A DNA stretch of 64,000 bases, filler included, from Sphacelaria rigidula (lineage: Eukaryota), in the NCBI GenBank assembly GCA_964200075.2. It is 7 parts of 7 records of this genome, joined end to end, with 100 filler letters (N's around TTAATTAATTAA, not from the genome) between each part and the next. Parts side by side here need not be neighbours in the genome. Positions count along the whole stretch, not along the records: positions 45,794 to 54,851 come from CAXNAA020009412.1; positions 54,952 to 64,000 come from CAXNAA020009432.1; 5 more parts are not named here. One strand, 5' to 3'. Below the pieces are notes generated by a model that ran no database searches, was not told where the DNA came from, and saw only the letters and a list, made by a program, of their open reading frames with translations. This document shows positions 48,963-60,062 of this stretch, one piece after another. How positions within the stretch are numbered: position 1 is the stretch's first letter; every line of letters starts with the position of its first letter. The position numbers were made by a program, and so were the translations under genes.

Positions 48963-51900
48963 AGTGATCATCCGCAGCTCCTCCTGCAGGCGAGTAACAA
49001 CGTACAGCCACTGGCCCAATGCAACACTTCCCATCATTGGCCAAGCGAACATTTCGCAAGGCTCCACTAAACATTTTACGCGTCGGACAACTCAACTCAG
49101 GTTAACAACTCAACCCATGTTAACTCGAGTCCACTCCTTTCCCCATAACTCACCAGTTACAGCAACATAACTCAGCGGTGAATATTCAGGTCAGGTGAGT
49201 TGTAGAAGATAACTCGGTGGTGTATTTTCTGTCCGAGTGACTTACAGGAGACAACTCATCGGTGCACATTTTGGCTAGGTACGTTATACAAGAAAACTCA
49301 GTGGTGTACATTCTGGTCGGGTAAGATATAAAAGATAACTCAGCGGTGTATATTCCGGCCGGCTGAGATATAGAAGATAGATCCGCGGTGCATTTCCTGG
49401 TCGGATGAGTTACAGAAGATTACTCAGCAATGCATATCTTGGTCAGGTGAGTTATACAGCAATACTCAGCTGTGGATATTTTGGTCGGGTGAGTTAAACG
49501 ACAGAAAATTGCCATGCATAGTCACACGAGCACCCGATATGCGCAAGCGAAAGCGCACTGGTAGTGCTGCAAGACGGCATCAAGCCCGTCAACAGCTCCA
49601 TCATGGGGGGGACCTCCGAGCTGACCGCCATGTATCACCGAAAGGGGGATACTTTATACTCGAAAATACATCTTCTGCAGTTGGGGCTCCTCAGAAGCGG
49701 ACACGTGCTTGAGATAGGCCTTGGATGACACGCGAGAAAAACCGCTTCGCAAACGTTTCGGACAGGAGCTCGTACGAGAGTGCAGCAATCACTGTTCACA
49801 ACTGAAAATATATTGTTCGGTATGATAAATGGACTCTGATACGAGCTGGGGGGGTAATGCCGGATTATGTACAAGCAAAAAAGACTGCCAGATCATGCGG
49901 TGGAAAATGGCCATGTCGGGATTCGAACTCGTGATCTGTGTAGTTGGATCCATACGCATGGATTCCGAAAAATATGTTTCCCCCCATATCGGGGAAAATA
50001 AAAATTCACCTACACCTTTCACTATGACCAATCCCGCGTCTTCTTTTCATTTCGGGAGCCCATTTTTTTAATCCGAGACCCGTTACGGGTGTTCGCAAAC
50101 AAAGTGAAGCCTTCACGTATACCATAGTGCGGGCAGTCGTCATATCCTCTGCATCTACATGCACTACCGTGTACGTGCATCTACATGTAGCCTTGAAACC
50201 TAAAGTGAAGACGGTGTAGAACTACAGACACTGCCGACATCACCGCTGCCAAATGCGAGCCTGCCTCCCGTTGCCGCGAACAAATGGTTGACTGTCTACC
50301 ATTTGCTCGCGACAACGGGACGTAGGCTCGCATTCGCAGGCTCGCATTCGGTAGCGGTGATGCCGGAAATATCTGTAGTTCTACACCGTCTTCGCAGGCT
50401 GTACTCCTAGGCTGTAGCTACAGTAGTGGGCGGTCTAACCATTCATTGTATAGCATTTTGTGAGTTTTTCGTAATTAGCGATTTTTTGGGCTCTTTTCGC
50501 TTGCCACCGCTTATCACATCGGGGATCTGAAGATAATTGTATCCACTCCGCATTCCAAGAAAAAAAACATACGTACTCAATATTGAGTCACTTACGGGCT
50601 GACCGATTATCGGGGGTCCTGGCACGTTTCAGCCCAGATGCTTACTTTTCGATATTTTTCGTCAATTGAGCCCGTCCCGATCATTATTGCGAAGAACTGT
50701 ACAGTTTAATTTTTTTGAAATTCTGCCTACTGATTGCACTAGAGCCGAAAAACTATATGTCACGTTCAATAACACCCTCCTGATAAACGGGGTATTTAGT
50801 CGAATCGTCCGATAACACCACCTAAACCTAACTTGGGCACTGTGTTTCGAGGAAGATCTGTTTATTGTTGCAAAAATTACCGGTTCTAGCAATTTCAAGT
50901 TCTATCGAAGAGGAGTACGCGAGGAAAACCCCGAAACACTCCTGAATAGTTAGACCGCCCACTACTATACCTCGGACTCACTGTACTGTGTGTCAGAGTA
51001 CAGGGTGGACTTGTATTCTTGTACTGTATTTACAAAGCACAGCAACCTAATGTGTTCGCAAGTACAGCCTGTACTTGTAACCTTGCACTATACTACTTTG
51101 CTTGCAGAGTTCAGTTTGTAAGCTTGCATTACTGTGCTTGCAGAGTACAGGCTGTACTCTGCAAGCACAGTAATGCAAGCTTACAAGGACAGGTTGAACT
51201 TGTGCCGTGTTTGCTAAGATAATATAAGCGGGGGTGTTGAGGGGTCATACGCATCCTCCCGGACATCGTGACTTTTCCAGCGATACCGTAGTAAGTGGGG
51301 GTGGTGGCTGTGGGAGCGGGTCCGGACAGGGTGATTTTTGTAGCAATACCGTAGTGAGTGGGGATGGTCCTCACCCCCACTCACTACGGTATCGCTAGGA
51401 AAGTCACCCTGTCCGGACCCGCTCCCACCGCCATCCCTTTCGTGGTTGGAGGATGCGTTTGACCCCTCAACACCACCGCCCATCTCATCTTTGGAAGCAC
51501 AGCACAAGTGCAGCGTGTACTTGTTTGTAACCTTGTACTACTGTATTCCCGAGTACAGGCTGTTCTCTGCAAGCACAAACAGTACAGTAGTGCGAGGTTA
51601 CATACTGTAATCTGCAACAACAGTAGTGCAAAGTTACAAGTGAAGGCTGTACCCACAGACACAGTAGGCTGTTGTACTTTGTAAATACAGTACAACGATA
51701 CAAGTACACCCTGAACTCTGCACACATACAAGTACGAGGTAGTCAATCATTTGTTCTTGCTGCCCATGTGCGGCGCGATCGTCCTGCAGGTCCTTAGTTC
51801 AGATCTTGCGCGGTTCATAAAGCTCAAGGCCCGTAACATTCTTGGGGGCTACCTCCACAAAGCAGACGCATTGCTCGCTACATCCACGAAAGGTTTTCAT

Positions 51901-54423
51901 GTTACGTAACGTGTGGGTATCGCAGACGACGAGTTCGGCAACAGGAAACGCCAAGGTGGGTACATTGAAGCAGATTAGCTTAGGTGCGGGGGAGTGGGAA
52001 ATACAATTACTTCGGTTTGTCGGGAAACATCTATCGTCACGAAATAGGTGGACTAAATCTAGAGAGTATATTCACACCACCACACATGTCGCACCCACCG
52101 CACCTTCTACGACAGAATACCATTACGGCACCCGACTGGCTGTATCTATCAACACCAACCTGCTCGTCGTCGTGCGCCAGCTGCAGCACAATCGTAAGCA
52201 CGTGCTGCCCCAAATCCATAGGTTTCATAAGCCCCGCCACGCCCACCAAACTCTCCCCCGCCGCCTGCCGCACCTCCGCCTGGCTGTCTCCCAAAAGCTT
52301 GGTCAGCGTCGGAAGCACGGTCTGCAAACGCGGCAGTTCGATTCAAGTTGCGGGGCAATTTGCGGTGGGTTCGTACCGACGTTTCACTCGGGTTGAGGTT
52401 GAGTTTACGGCCAACCCATTGGACCAAGAAGAGTTGAACATCTCCACTGGAGGAGCAACCGCATTTACAAAACGTCGATACAGGAAGCGGTGCATCGGTA
52501 TACAATCCATGGGCGATAGGTCGCCTCGAATTCAAATGGTTGAACTACTGACGCGGGCAATTAGTTTTTCGGAGCTCAAAAGTGTTTTATCCGCCGACTA
52601 CATCCTGCGGGGTAATCATCGGTGAGCTATTGGTATTATCCAACGTCAGTCATCGAGGGCACCATTTGTTGGTAGATAACATGGGCTGAAGATAAAGCAC
52701 TTGTTCCCAACCACGTTGGGAACACCCACAATCTGCGCCGAGCACCAGAGATGCATAATAGGCAACGACGCAAAGCAGTAGGCGGTGGTTCAGAAATGTT
52801 GTCAAAAGCCAGTCGGCAGAACCACCAATTCAGGGCGCAGTACGGCTCAACGACGCACGGGGTACAACTGTGGCTCTGCAAGCGGGCAACTTTGCTTCCT
52901 AAATACACATCGGCAACGCAGGATACTCAAGCGCTGTACAAAAGCTCATGTAAGTCCGTGCTGATGCTCGCCTCGATGATAAGGCGATACCCGGCTTCTT
53001 TGCCCATCGCCTTGCACAAACGAGCAATTTCATCTAGCTGCTCGCCCAGATGTTGCCGCACCACTTGCTCTTGGTCCTGTGCCAGGAGAATAGAAGAAGC
53101 CGTCGAATACCGAGTAACAGAGACCCGATAGCGCGTCAAAAAATTACAAAAGACGGAAGAGCGCAAGCAAGCACACGACAATTAAAATGGAGTAAATACG
53201 CAGTTCACGCAAGTAGTTCGGCAGCGTTACGACATAGTGACGTCTCGGCGAAAAACGCGGACACTACGTCAGAACAGAGGGAAGAACTATCCTACCCGAG
53301 TTACAACAATGACGACGCACGGCCACAGCGAATACCGGAACAGCAATTCCATCGTTACCGCCGCTGCTGTTGCTGCTTGTTGCTGGAACCAACTCTCATC
53401 TGCGAGGCCCCTGATACAACATGTACTGCGGTTACGACTACTACACGGTACCACAATGCCAGTCCATCACAGCCGCACAAGTAAATTCTCACGCACAGCA
53501 GACAGTACGTGCAGGTTAGCAACAAGCAATCGATAGCCAGTCCAACGGCGTCCAATGTTGAAGCACTAGACAGAGAGGGGTACTCTACATCCCCGCGCGG
53601 GCTCGGATGGGTACACATCCCTGTTATCCCGCTGTACGCGACCCCTCAAGGTGCTCTTGCTACCGTTCATACAGCGAGAAACGCAGCACTAGCGAAGCGA
53701 TCATGTTCAACGAAGCGGGCTACCGCTGGAGGTGACTGGGTACTCTCCTTTGGCCACGTGCAGAGGGGACAAACCCCTCTACGTCGCTACTTTATGCTTG
53801 TCTTGCTAGACTTTTTTTGTGCATATTTTCAAAATATACCCAGTGCTCCCCCCCTGTCAGTTTCCTGGCAACTTGGGTGCGCGCCATGGCAGCGGTGCGT
53901 TCAAAATTCATCAGACCAATGATAAATAACTACGTGCGACCGTTTTGCTGGTGCAGGTTCGCCACAGTCCTCAAGACACATATCTGCGAATTGCGTCGAC
54001 AAGGCGCAGCGAGCACTCACATATGATCGCAGGGCACCCGTCCGATTGAAACTACACTGGTAGTCGACAGAAGAACATCGTGTCCCGTGTGTGCTCACAA
54101 AGTAGAGCGCAATAATCCAAATGGGCAACTACAGATGATACGAATCAGGATTATTTTACACCGAAAATGACGAGTCGGGCCTACGCCTATCCCAGATCCA
54201 CTGTACCTACTATTGGCCAAACTACGCGCACGCGGCGGGGGGGAGGGGTATCGCCGTCGGTCTACCGCCCTCTATGATGTCTTTCACATGGTTCCACCAC
54301 CATGGCGATATACCCTAGGAGATAAAGTGAGAGACAGCTCACCGCAGCAAGGGGAGCCAGTAGAGGCACGACAAACTTGACCGTCTGCTCGAACCCAACC
54401 GCCGCCACCGTCTCCGCCAGCAT
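48963..54423 (-). CDS. Partial HEAT-repeat gene resembling protein phosphatase 4 regulatory subunit 1 (PP4R1) / PP2A-A superfamily
   Basis: Phase-0 exons: 54423-54343 (MLAETVAAVGFEQTVKFVVPLLAPLAA), 53076-52972 (DQEQVVRQHLGEQLDEIARLCKAMGKEAGYRLIIE), 52321-52160 (TVLPTLTKLLGDSQAEVRQAAGESLVGVAGLMKPMDLGQHVLTIVLQLAHDDEQ), and an exon start at 48983 (EELRMI..). HEAT pattern LLxDxxxxVR. Confidence 0.75.
49169..49497. repeat. Degenerate 42-bp minisatellite, about 8 copies
   Basis: Consensus approx. AACTCAGCGGTGTATATTCTGGTCGGGTGAGTTATAGAAGAT. Confidence 0.85.
50207..50393. repeat. 187-bp foldback hairpin (MITE or pre-miRNA-like)
   Basis: GAAGACGGTGTAGAACTACAGA ... TCTGTAGTTCTACACCGTCTTC, with pairing continuing inward to a short loop near 50290. 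Confidence 0.8.
50421..50967. mobile_element. Tc1/mariner-like MITE with TA TSD
   Basis: TA|CAGTAGTGGGCGGTCTAACCATTCA ... TGAATAGTTAGACCGCCCACTACTA|TA. Internal sequence related to ~11000-11130 (-), ~61000-61210 and ~61410-61530. Confidence 0.85.
50970..51739. mobile_element. 770-bp foldback element (almost entirely palindromic), TA-flanked
   Basis: TA|CCTCG...CAGAGTACAGGGT...GTACTGTATTTACAAAG mirrors CTTTGTAAATACAGTAC...ACCCTGAACTCTG...CGAGG|TA. Symmetry centre ~51368. Confidence 0.85.
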
Positions 54424-54851
54424 CTGGATGAAGACATCACAAAAACACGACAACAAGTGCCGTCAACGTACGGACGTGGATACATGTGTATGAACCTGCG
54501 AATCGAAATAAGAGTAAAACATAGTAGTTGCATGAGAATCGTATCGTCCGAGCCCAACTTCACATAGTCCCAACTTCACACGTCTGTTCAGCATATGGAT
54601 CATGACACCGAATCGCAATACAGCAACACGTTACCAGCTGGGCCAGCCTGAAAACGAGTTTAACCCTTAGCCGACGAGCGTTGCCTCGGAACAGTTGTAC
54701 AGGCTGACAGTCCCGAGACATCCGGGGGCTTCCAGGGCTCGGGAGGGGGTGTTTTTTTTTTTTTTTTTTTGGGGGGGGGTTTTCTCCCCCGAGGGTTGGG
54801 GGAGGTTACGGGGTGAACCATAAAGGTTCTCGGGGGAAAATTTTGGATTGG

Positions 54852-54951
54852 NNNNNNNNNNNNNNNNNNNNNNNNNNNNNNNNNNNNNNNNNNNNTTAAT
54901 TAATTAANNNNNNNNNNNNNNNNNNNNNNNNNNNNNNNNNNNNNNNNNNNN
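54852..54951. other. Artificial contig spacer
   Basis: N44-TTAATTAATTAA-N44. Confidence 0.98.
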
Positions 54952-56239
54952 TGTTTATTGTTGGAGCGTTTCGTAACTTCATTGTCTCAGGCCATTTATA
55001 TTGATGGAAATTCGCGGAATCTATGGCGAAGGACCATGTGTATTGACATGAACTTTTCATTGTCCGTTTCCATGCACGATGTGTATCGGTGGCATGAACC
55101 AAAATGTATCGTTACCGACCAGTGCCCATCGGTGTAATATTTCACACATCATTGTCAGTAAAAATATATATCGATGAAAACATCACCCAGTACATTGCTT
55201 CCGGCGATGGATATGGCCAAATATATGTTGCAGTCACTGTCCTCCACAATAGATATCAATGTAATCATCCCCGTAGCTATTTGTGCAGCAGTAGACCATT
55301 ACCATGTCTATTGTCCAGGGTGTGTATTTTTTTATCGCGAAAAGAGGTTCAGCAGACCCTTTCCCTCGTCGACCGTTAAGTCGAATTTTGGGGTTAATGT
55401 GCGACGATCAAACAATCGACTCCCCTGTTTCATCGCTGAGGACGGCCGCGAGACCGGGATATCTACACGGGCCACGAACACCATGAAAACTCGTCATCCG
55501 CCAGCAACGGTATAGTAGCAGCATGAGCAGCATGACGGCCACGATACACACCCTTACAGCACTACATGCGCCAAAAAATTGTATGCTGCCCCAGTAAAAG
55601 TGCGTCGGTACGTGCTGTAAGGGAGATACAAGAGCTGATTGCAGTCGTCGCCAGGTGCGAGGAGTTGTGAGCTGTGATGATGTGGGCTGTGGCACAGCAG
55701 GGAAAACAAGAAAAAGACGTGCTTCGAATCGGCTCAGAACGAATACGAGTATAATAAGAGTGGGTGATTTTCCGAGAAGGAATCCTCGTGACTGTCTGTT
55801 GAACCGATATACGCATGATATACATACACAACCTTCAACCTTGTGTGTTTGATCTTTTCATGCGCTTGCTTGTACGTTGAACATGCCAAATCAGTGGTGG
55901 TGCGTTGTGGGAAGGAGTCCCGCAGAGTCAACATATGCCACTGCACTACTTTGCTCCTTGATTCCTTCACACGACTGCTGCTCCTACGCGATTCCAAACT
56001 CGTGGTGCCCAATGGGTGGATCTTTTTAGCTGCGGGCATCTCGAGTTCTTTACTGGAAACGGATTTTCACATTCAAGCTAAGTGACAAACGCCTTCACTG
56101 GCATACGAGCATAGGGTCAAAGTGAATACTGCGCAGTCAAGAGTCAAGAGCTTGGCCGTTTCACGACCAGAGTAGTCAACTGTTGACCGGCATCATTTCC
56201 GCGCGAAAAATGAGTCTCGTGCCCAAACCGCCCACCCTA

Positions 56240-57115
56240 GGGATCTAAGGGTTGACCCTTCGACCGCCATGGTAGGACATCTGTTGAATCGGCCTCATTC
56301 TCCTTTGAAAAATGAGTGTGGCTGGGATGACCTACCCTCGTTGTCAAGGGGCTAACCCTCAGACCGCGAGCGTAGTCCATATGGATCATGCATACTTTTT
56401 CAAGTAAAATTTATGCCGATTGAACAGATAACCTACTCTCACCGTGTAAGGGTTAACCGTCACAGTAAAATGCGCGAGTTCTACTCGTACTTCTCATGAA
56501 ACGTCGGTTGGATCGTAATGACGTATACTCTTGCCGTCGAAGGGTTGAGCGTTTGACCGGGAGGGTCGGCTATCTGGTAGTGCAGTGATGTTTCAAGTTA
56601 ATTTGATACTGATTCAACGCATGACCTACCCTGGCGGTCGAATTATGAAAGTTGTTGTTATTGGGTTTTAACGGTCAGAGCGGGAGGGTAGATCACCTGC
56701 TGAATCGGCATCAATATTCACTTGAAAAAAGTATGCATAATCCAGATAGAATATCCGCATCGCGGTCCAAGGGTTAACCTTTTGACCGCGAGGGTAGGTC
56801 ATCTGCTGAATCGACATCAATTTCACTTGAAAAAGGTATGCGTGATCCACATGGTCTACCCATATCGCGATCCAAAGGTTAACCCTTGAACAACCCTTAG
56901 ACACCCTTAGACCGCGAAGACGGTAGTTCATCGGGATCATGATCATGCATACCGTTTTCAAGCGAAACTGATACCGATTCAACAAGTGAAACATTTTTGC
57001 CGTCGTCCGAGGTTGACCCTTAGACCATGAGGGTAGTCTACCTGGATCATGCATACGTTTTCTTAGTTAAATTGATGCCGATTCCACACATGTCCTACTC
57101 TCGCTAAGGGTTGAA
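56240..57115. mobile_element. Tandem chain of ~100-bp piggyBac-like MITEs in mixed orientation
   Basis: Units CCCTTAGACCGCGAGGGTAG...CTACCCTCGCGGTCTAAGGG are joined via TTAA/TTGA/CTAA (e.g. AAGGGTTAACCTTT at ~56770, AAGGTTAACCCTT at ~56876). Confidence 0.8.
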
Positions 57116-57273
57116 ATTCCATGACGACAGCCCTTTTGTGCAGACCTGCTGCAGGTCAGTACAGTGATACAGTCAATTGAAACGGTACAACCAACTGGAA
57201 CAAAACATGCCCGCCCTCCTCCGAAACCACAAGGACGGGAAAGACTAACCGTCCGAAAATACAGGCGAGTTAA

Positions 57274-57371
57274 CCCTTAGACAGCGAGAGTAGGTCATCT
57301 GCTGAATCGGCATCAATTTCAATTGAAAACAGTATGCATGATCCAGATATACTACCCTCGCGGTCTGAGGG
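57274..57371. mobile_element. Solo 98-bp piggyBac-like MITE with TTAA TSD
   Basis: TTAA|CCCTTAGACAGCGAGAGTAG...CTACCCTCGCGGTCTGAGGG|TTAA. Confidence 0.88.
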
Positions 57372-58004
57372 TTAAGCAGTATGAAGTCTGTTGGAGTCCA
57401 TGTATGCCACCGAACAACTTTGTGCAGTGATGCTCTCGTATGCGGTTGCTCCCACAACTAACAGTACAGTGAATGTCCCGGACAGCCAATTCTCCGTGGT
57501 CAACGAGTAACCGTCAGGGCGGGTCACCCGCGCTGGCGCGCCGGGGTCCAGGTCACGTTTTTCACTAACCCTTCAAATACAACACAGGGTTGGAGTCAGC
57601 ACACTCCATGGAGCATGATATCATACTTACGCTGGCGTTCAAACACAGGGCCACGCGAATAACGACCTGCTACAAAACCTCGCGGCTTCGACTCTACTAG
57701 TGTACGGTGCCCACGACAGCGCGCAAACTACGGATCGACACTTCCCAAAAGCTGGTGCAAAAGAGTAGATACACTTCCTCGAGCTGCCCTCAGCGAGCGT
57801 TTCCATTGTTACTCGCCTACCTTAGATACGTTTTATCTCGCCACCGCAGCTGGATTGCTCGGGGATCAAAGAATGTGCAACAATCAATCAAGGGGCGCCA
57901 CATCTTTCAGTTCCGACACCCGAATATTTCAGTTCCGACACCGTTCAAGTGTTCAAGTTTTTTCAAGAAGCCCAAATTTTGCGACGGGCGTGTGGGGGGC
58001 GTAC

Positions 58005-58960
58005 TCATTCGTTGCTTGTCTTAGTCGTTTGACCATTGACCACGCATCCCTTTCGAGACGGAGTACCGTTCCTACTCCTGATGGAGACACCTCCAACATT
58101 TAGGTACTCGCTACGTTTCTTCCACATATTACACAAAAAACCTTTCACGTATCTTAGCCCCGTCCTGTTCGGCCGTCTGTGGTCACCATCTCTCTCGTAG
58201 TATAGCCATAGTTTTTTCGCTACTGCCCAATGCATCAAACGATTTCATGCCACCTTCGTTCGCGTCCTGCATTCAACCCTCTAGCACGTCCCGTTCCTCC
58301 TTGTATAGTTCACATTCTGCCACTGTATGAGTTCTGCTCTCTGTTGCTTTGCCACAAGAGCAACTCTGTGCATCTACTTCCTCATCCTTTCGGCGACTGG
58401 TATATCTCTTTCTTCTTTCTGGCAGGTTCAGGTCCCTCACCCGAAATCGCAGTTTCAATTTTTCGCCGCGCCCATTGGGCCATGCAAATGTATTTTCATC
58501 CCCATCCCGTCTCTCAACCCCCCGTATATCTTCAGGTGTTCTTTCTCGTCTACTTTGCGCCTGAGGGCTCCTTTTCCCCTTATTTCTATCATGTCTCTTA
58601 TTTTCGTCTTGTACCCCGCGCCTTCACATATGGACAGTATCTCGTCGTAGTTTCCTCCTATCCTCTTCCATACTTTCTCGATTTCTTATCCCACCTTATT
58701 CCAGTCTGCCCTTTCGTCATTTTCTTCTATACAGCCTCATCAACTACAGTTGGCAATCTCTTTCTCTGCATATTCTTTACGCTGTATTACCATCGCAATT
58801 TTATCATGTCTCTGTTCGTTTGAAGTGAGTGCATTCCCAACTCTGCCCTCAAAACTGTACTACTCGTCGTTCTCGAGCACCCAAGTATTTTCTTAGTTGC
58901 TGCCATCTGTACTATTTCCAACTTCTCCACCAACTTCGCGATCACCCACCGTTCACAGAT
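58005..58960 (-). mobile_element. 5'-truncated LINE (ORF2 C-terminus with zinc-knuckle-like motif), multiple stops/frameshifts
   Basis: KKILGCSRTTSSTVLRAELGMHSL, KLRFRVRDLNLPERRKRY, CSCGKATESRTHTVAEC, GGVSIRSRNGTPSRKGCVVNGQ. The same 3' end occurs at 9021-9059 (+). Confidence 0.85.
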
Positions 58961-59699
58961 CGAACCATGCAAACCCCACACAATCTATTCCCAGCTACCA
59001 CCGCAACCCTGCAGAAAAGAGGACTAGTTGGGCACAGGGATAGATACACACTGTCGTAGTTGGGTATGACGTATTTCTTGTTGGTAGAAACTTGAGCATC
59101 TTTCGTGGTGGGGATCACGGCGACGGAACTGCGTGGTACGGTGGGCAACCGGCTCGTATACATGCTCATGGACAGTGCAGGCAGTACAAAGCTGCAAGTT
59201 GTTTGAGTCCTCTTCACGTCGCCTTGTAAGCAGTGAGAGCAGATAGTCATGCGCTGTCTGTACTGTACTTCGCCCGCTTCTCTTTCACATCCTACTGTTT
59301 GGTTGTTATAGCATGCAATACCACGTGTACCGCAGCTGATGGTATATAACACTCCCACATCCGAACTTACAGGCATGAAAATTGTAGCCATATGTGACGC
59401 ATACCGCGTACTCAGCAGTACGGTACCGCACGTTCCTGCACGGTGTGGTACAGTTTAGTACAACACCATACCGTGCTCGAAGTGATTCATGTACCGATCA
59501 GAGTACAAACCACCGCGACCAGATATGTTCGCCTTTTAGATCGAAATCAATGCTTCGGTGTGTTTTTGTAGACTCCGGATGAGGGGTTTTTCAACATCAT
59601 ATGTATACAGATGGATCGTACATGCCATGTGTCCGGCATCACCAGCTAAAGCTTCATAGCATGGCCGTGTGGGCATGTACTGGCGATCAATTTATGGAA

Positions 59700-60062
59700 T
59701 TTGTATACAGCAGAGGCTGTTGAAAAAATTATCGTTTTGCCTAATTGATGTGAATTCGGGGGCAAGACGACCAATTTTTTACAATCTCTGCCGTTCGAAT
59801 CTCATACACTGACTACGGTACGGTCGGTATGTCCGATTTGAACAGCAGAGGCTGCTCACAAGTCCTCATTTCGCCCAATTTCAGGATAAATTGGCGGGCA
59901 AAGCGAGGACCTTCGAGCACACTCTGCTGTTCAGATCCCATCTGCCAGTGTATGGGATCTGTAGAGCAGAGGCTGTTCGAAGTAAATATTCGTTTCGCCC
60001 AGTTTGGAGTTTCCAAATTGGGCAAAACGAGGATTTACTCCGAACAGCCCCTGCTTTACAAA
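59700..60062. repeat. MITE-like repeat with AGCAGAGGCTG units and inverted arms
   Basis: GTAGAGCAGAGGCTGTTCGAAGTAAAT...CGCCCAGTTTGGA / TCCAAATTGGGC...ATTTACTCCGAACAGCCCCTGCTTTAC. Confidence 0.55.

Noticed and set aside
49169-49497. CRISPR-like array
   Set aside because: Units are contiguous diverged repeats without unique spacers, there are no cas genes, and the context is eukaryotic.
56240-57115. CRISPR-like or integron-like cassette array
   Set aside because: The interiors are homologous to each other and to a solo TTAA-flanked MITE, not unique spacers or cassettes.
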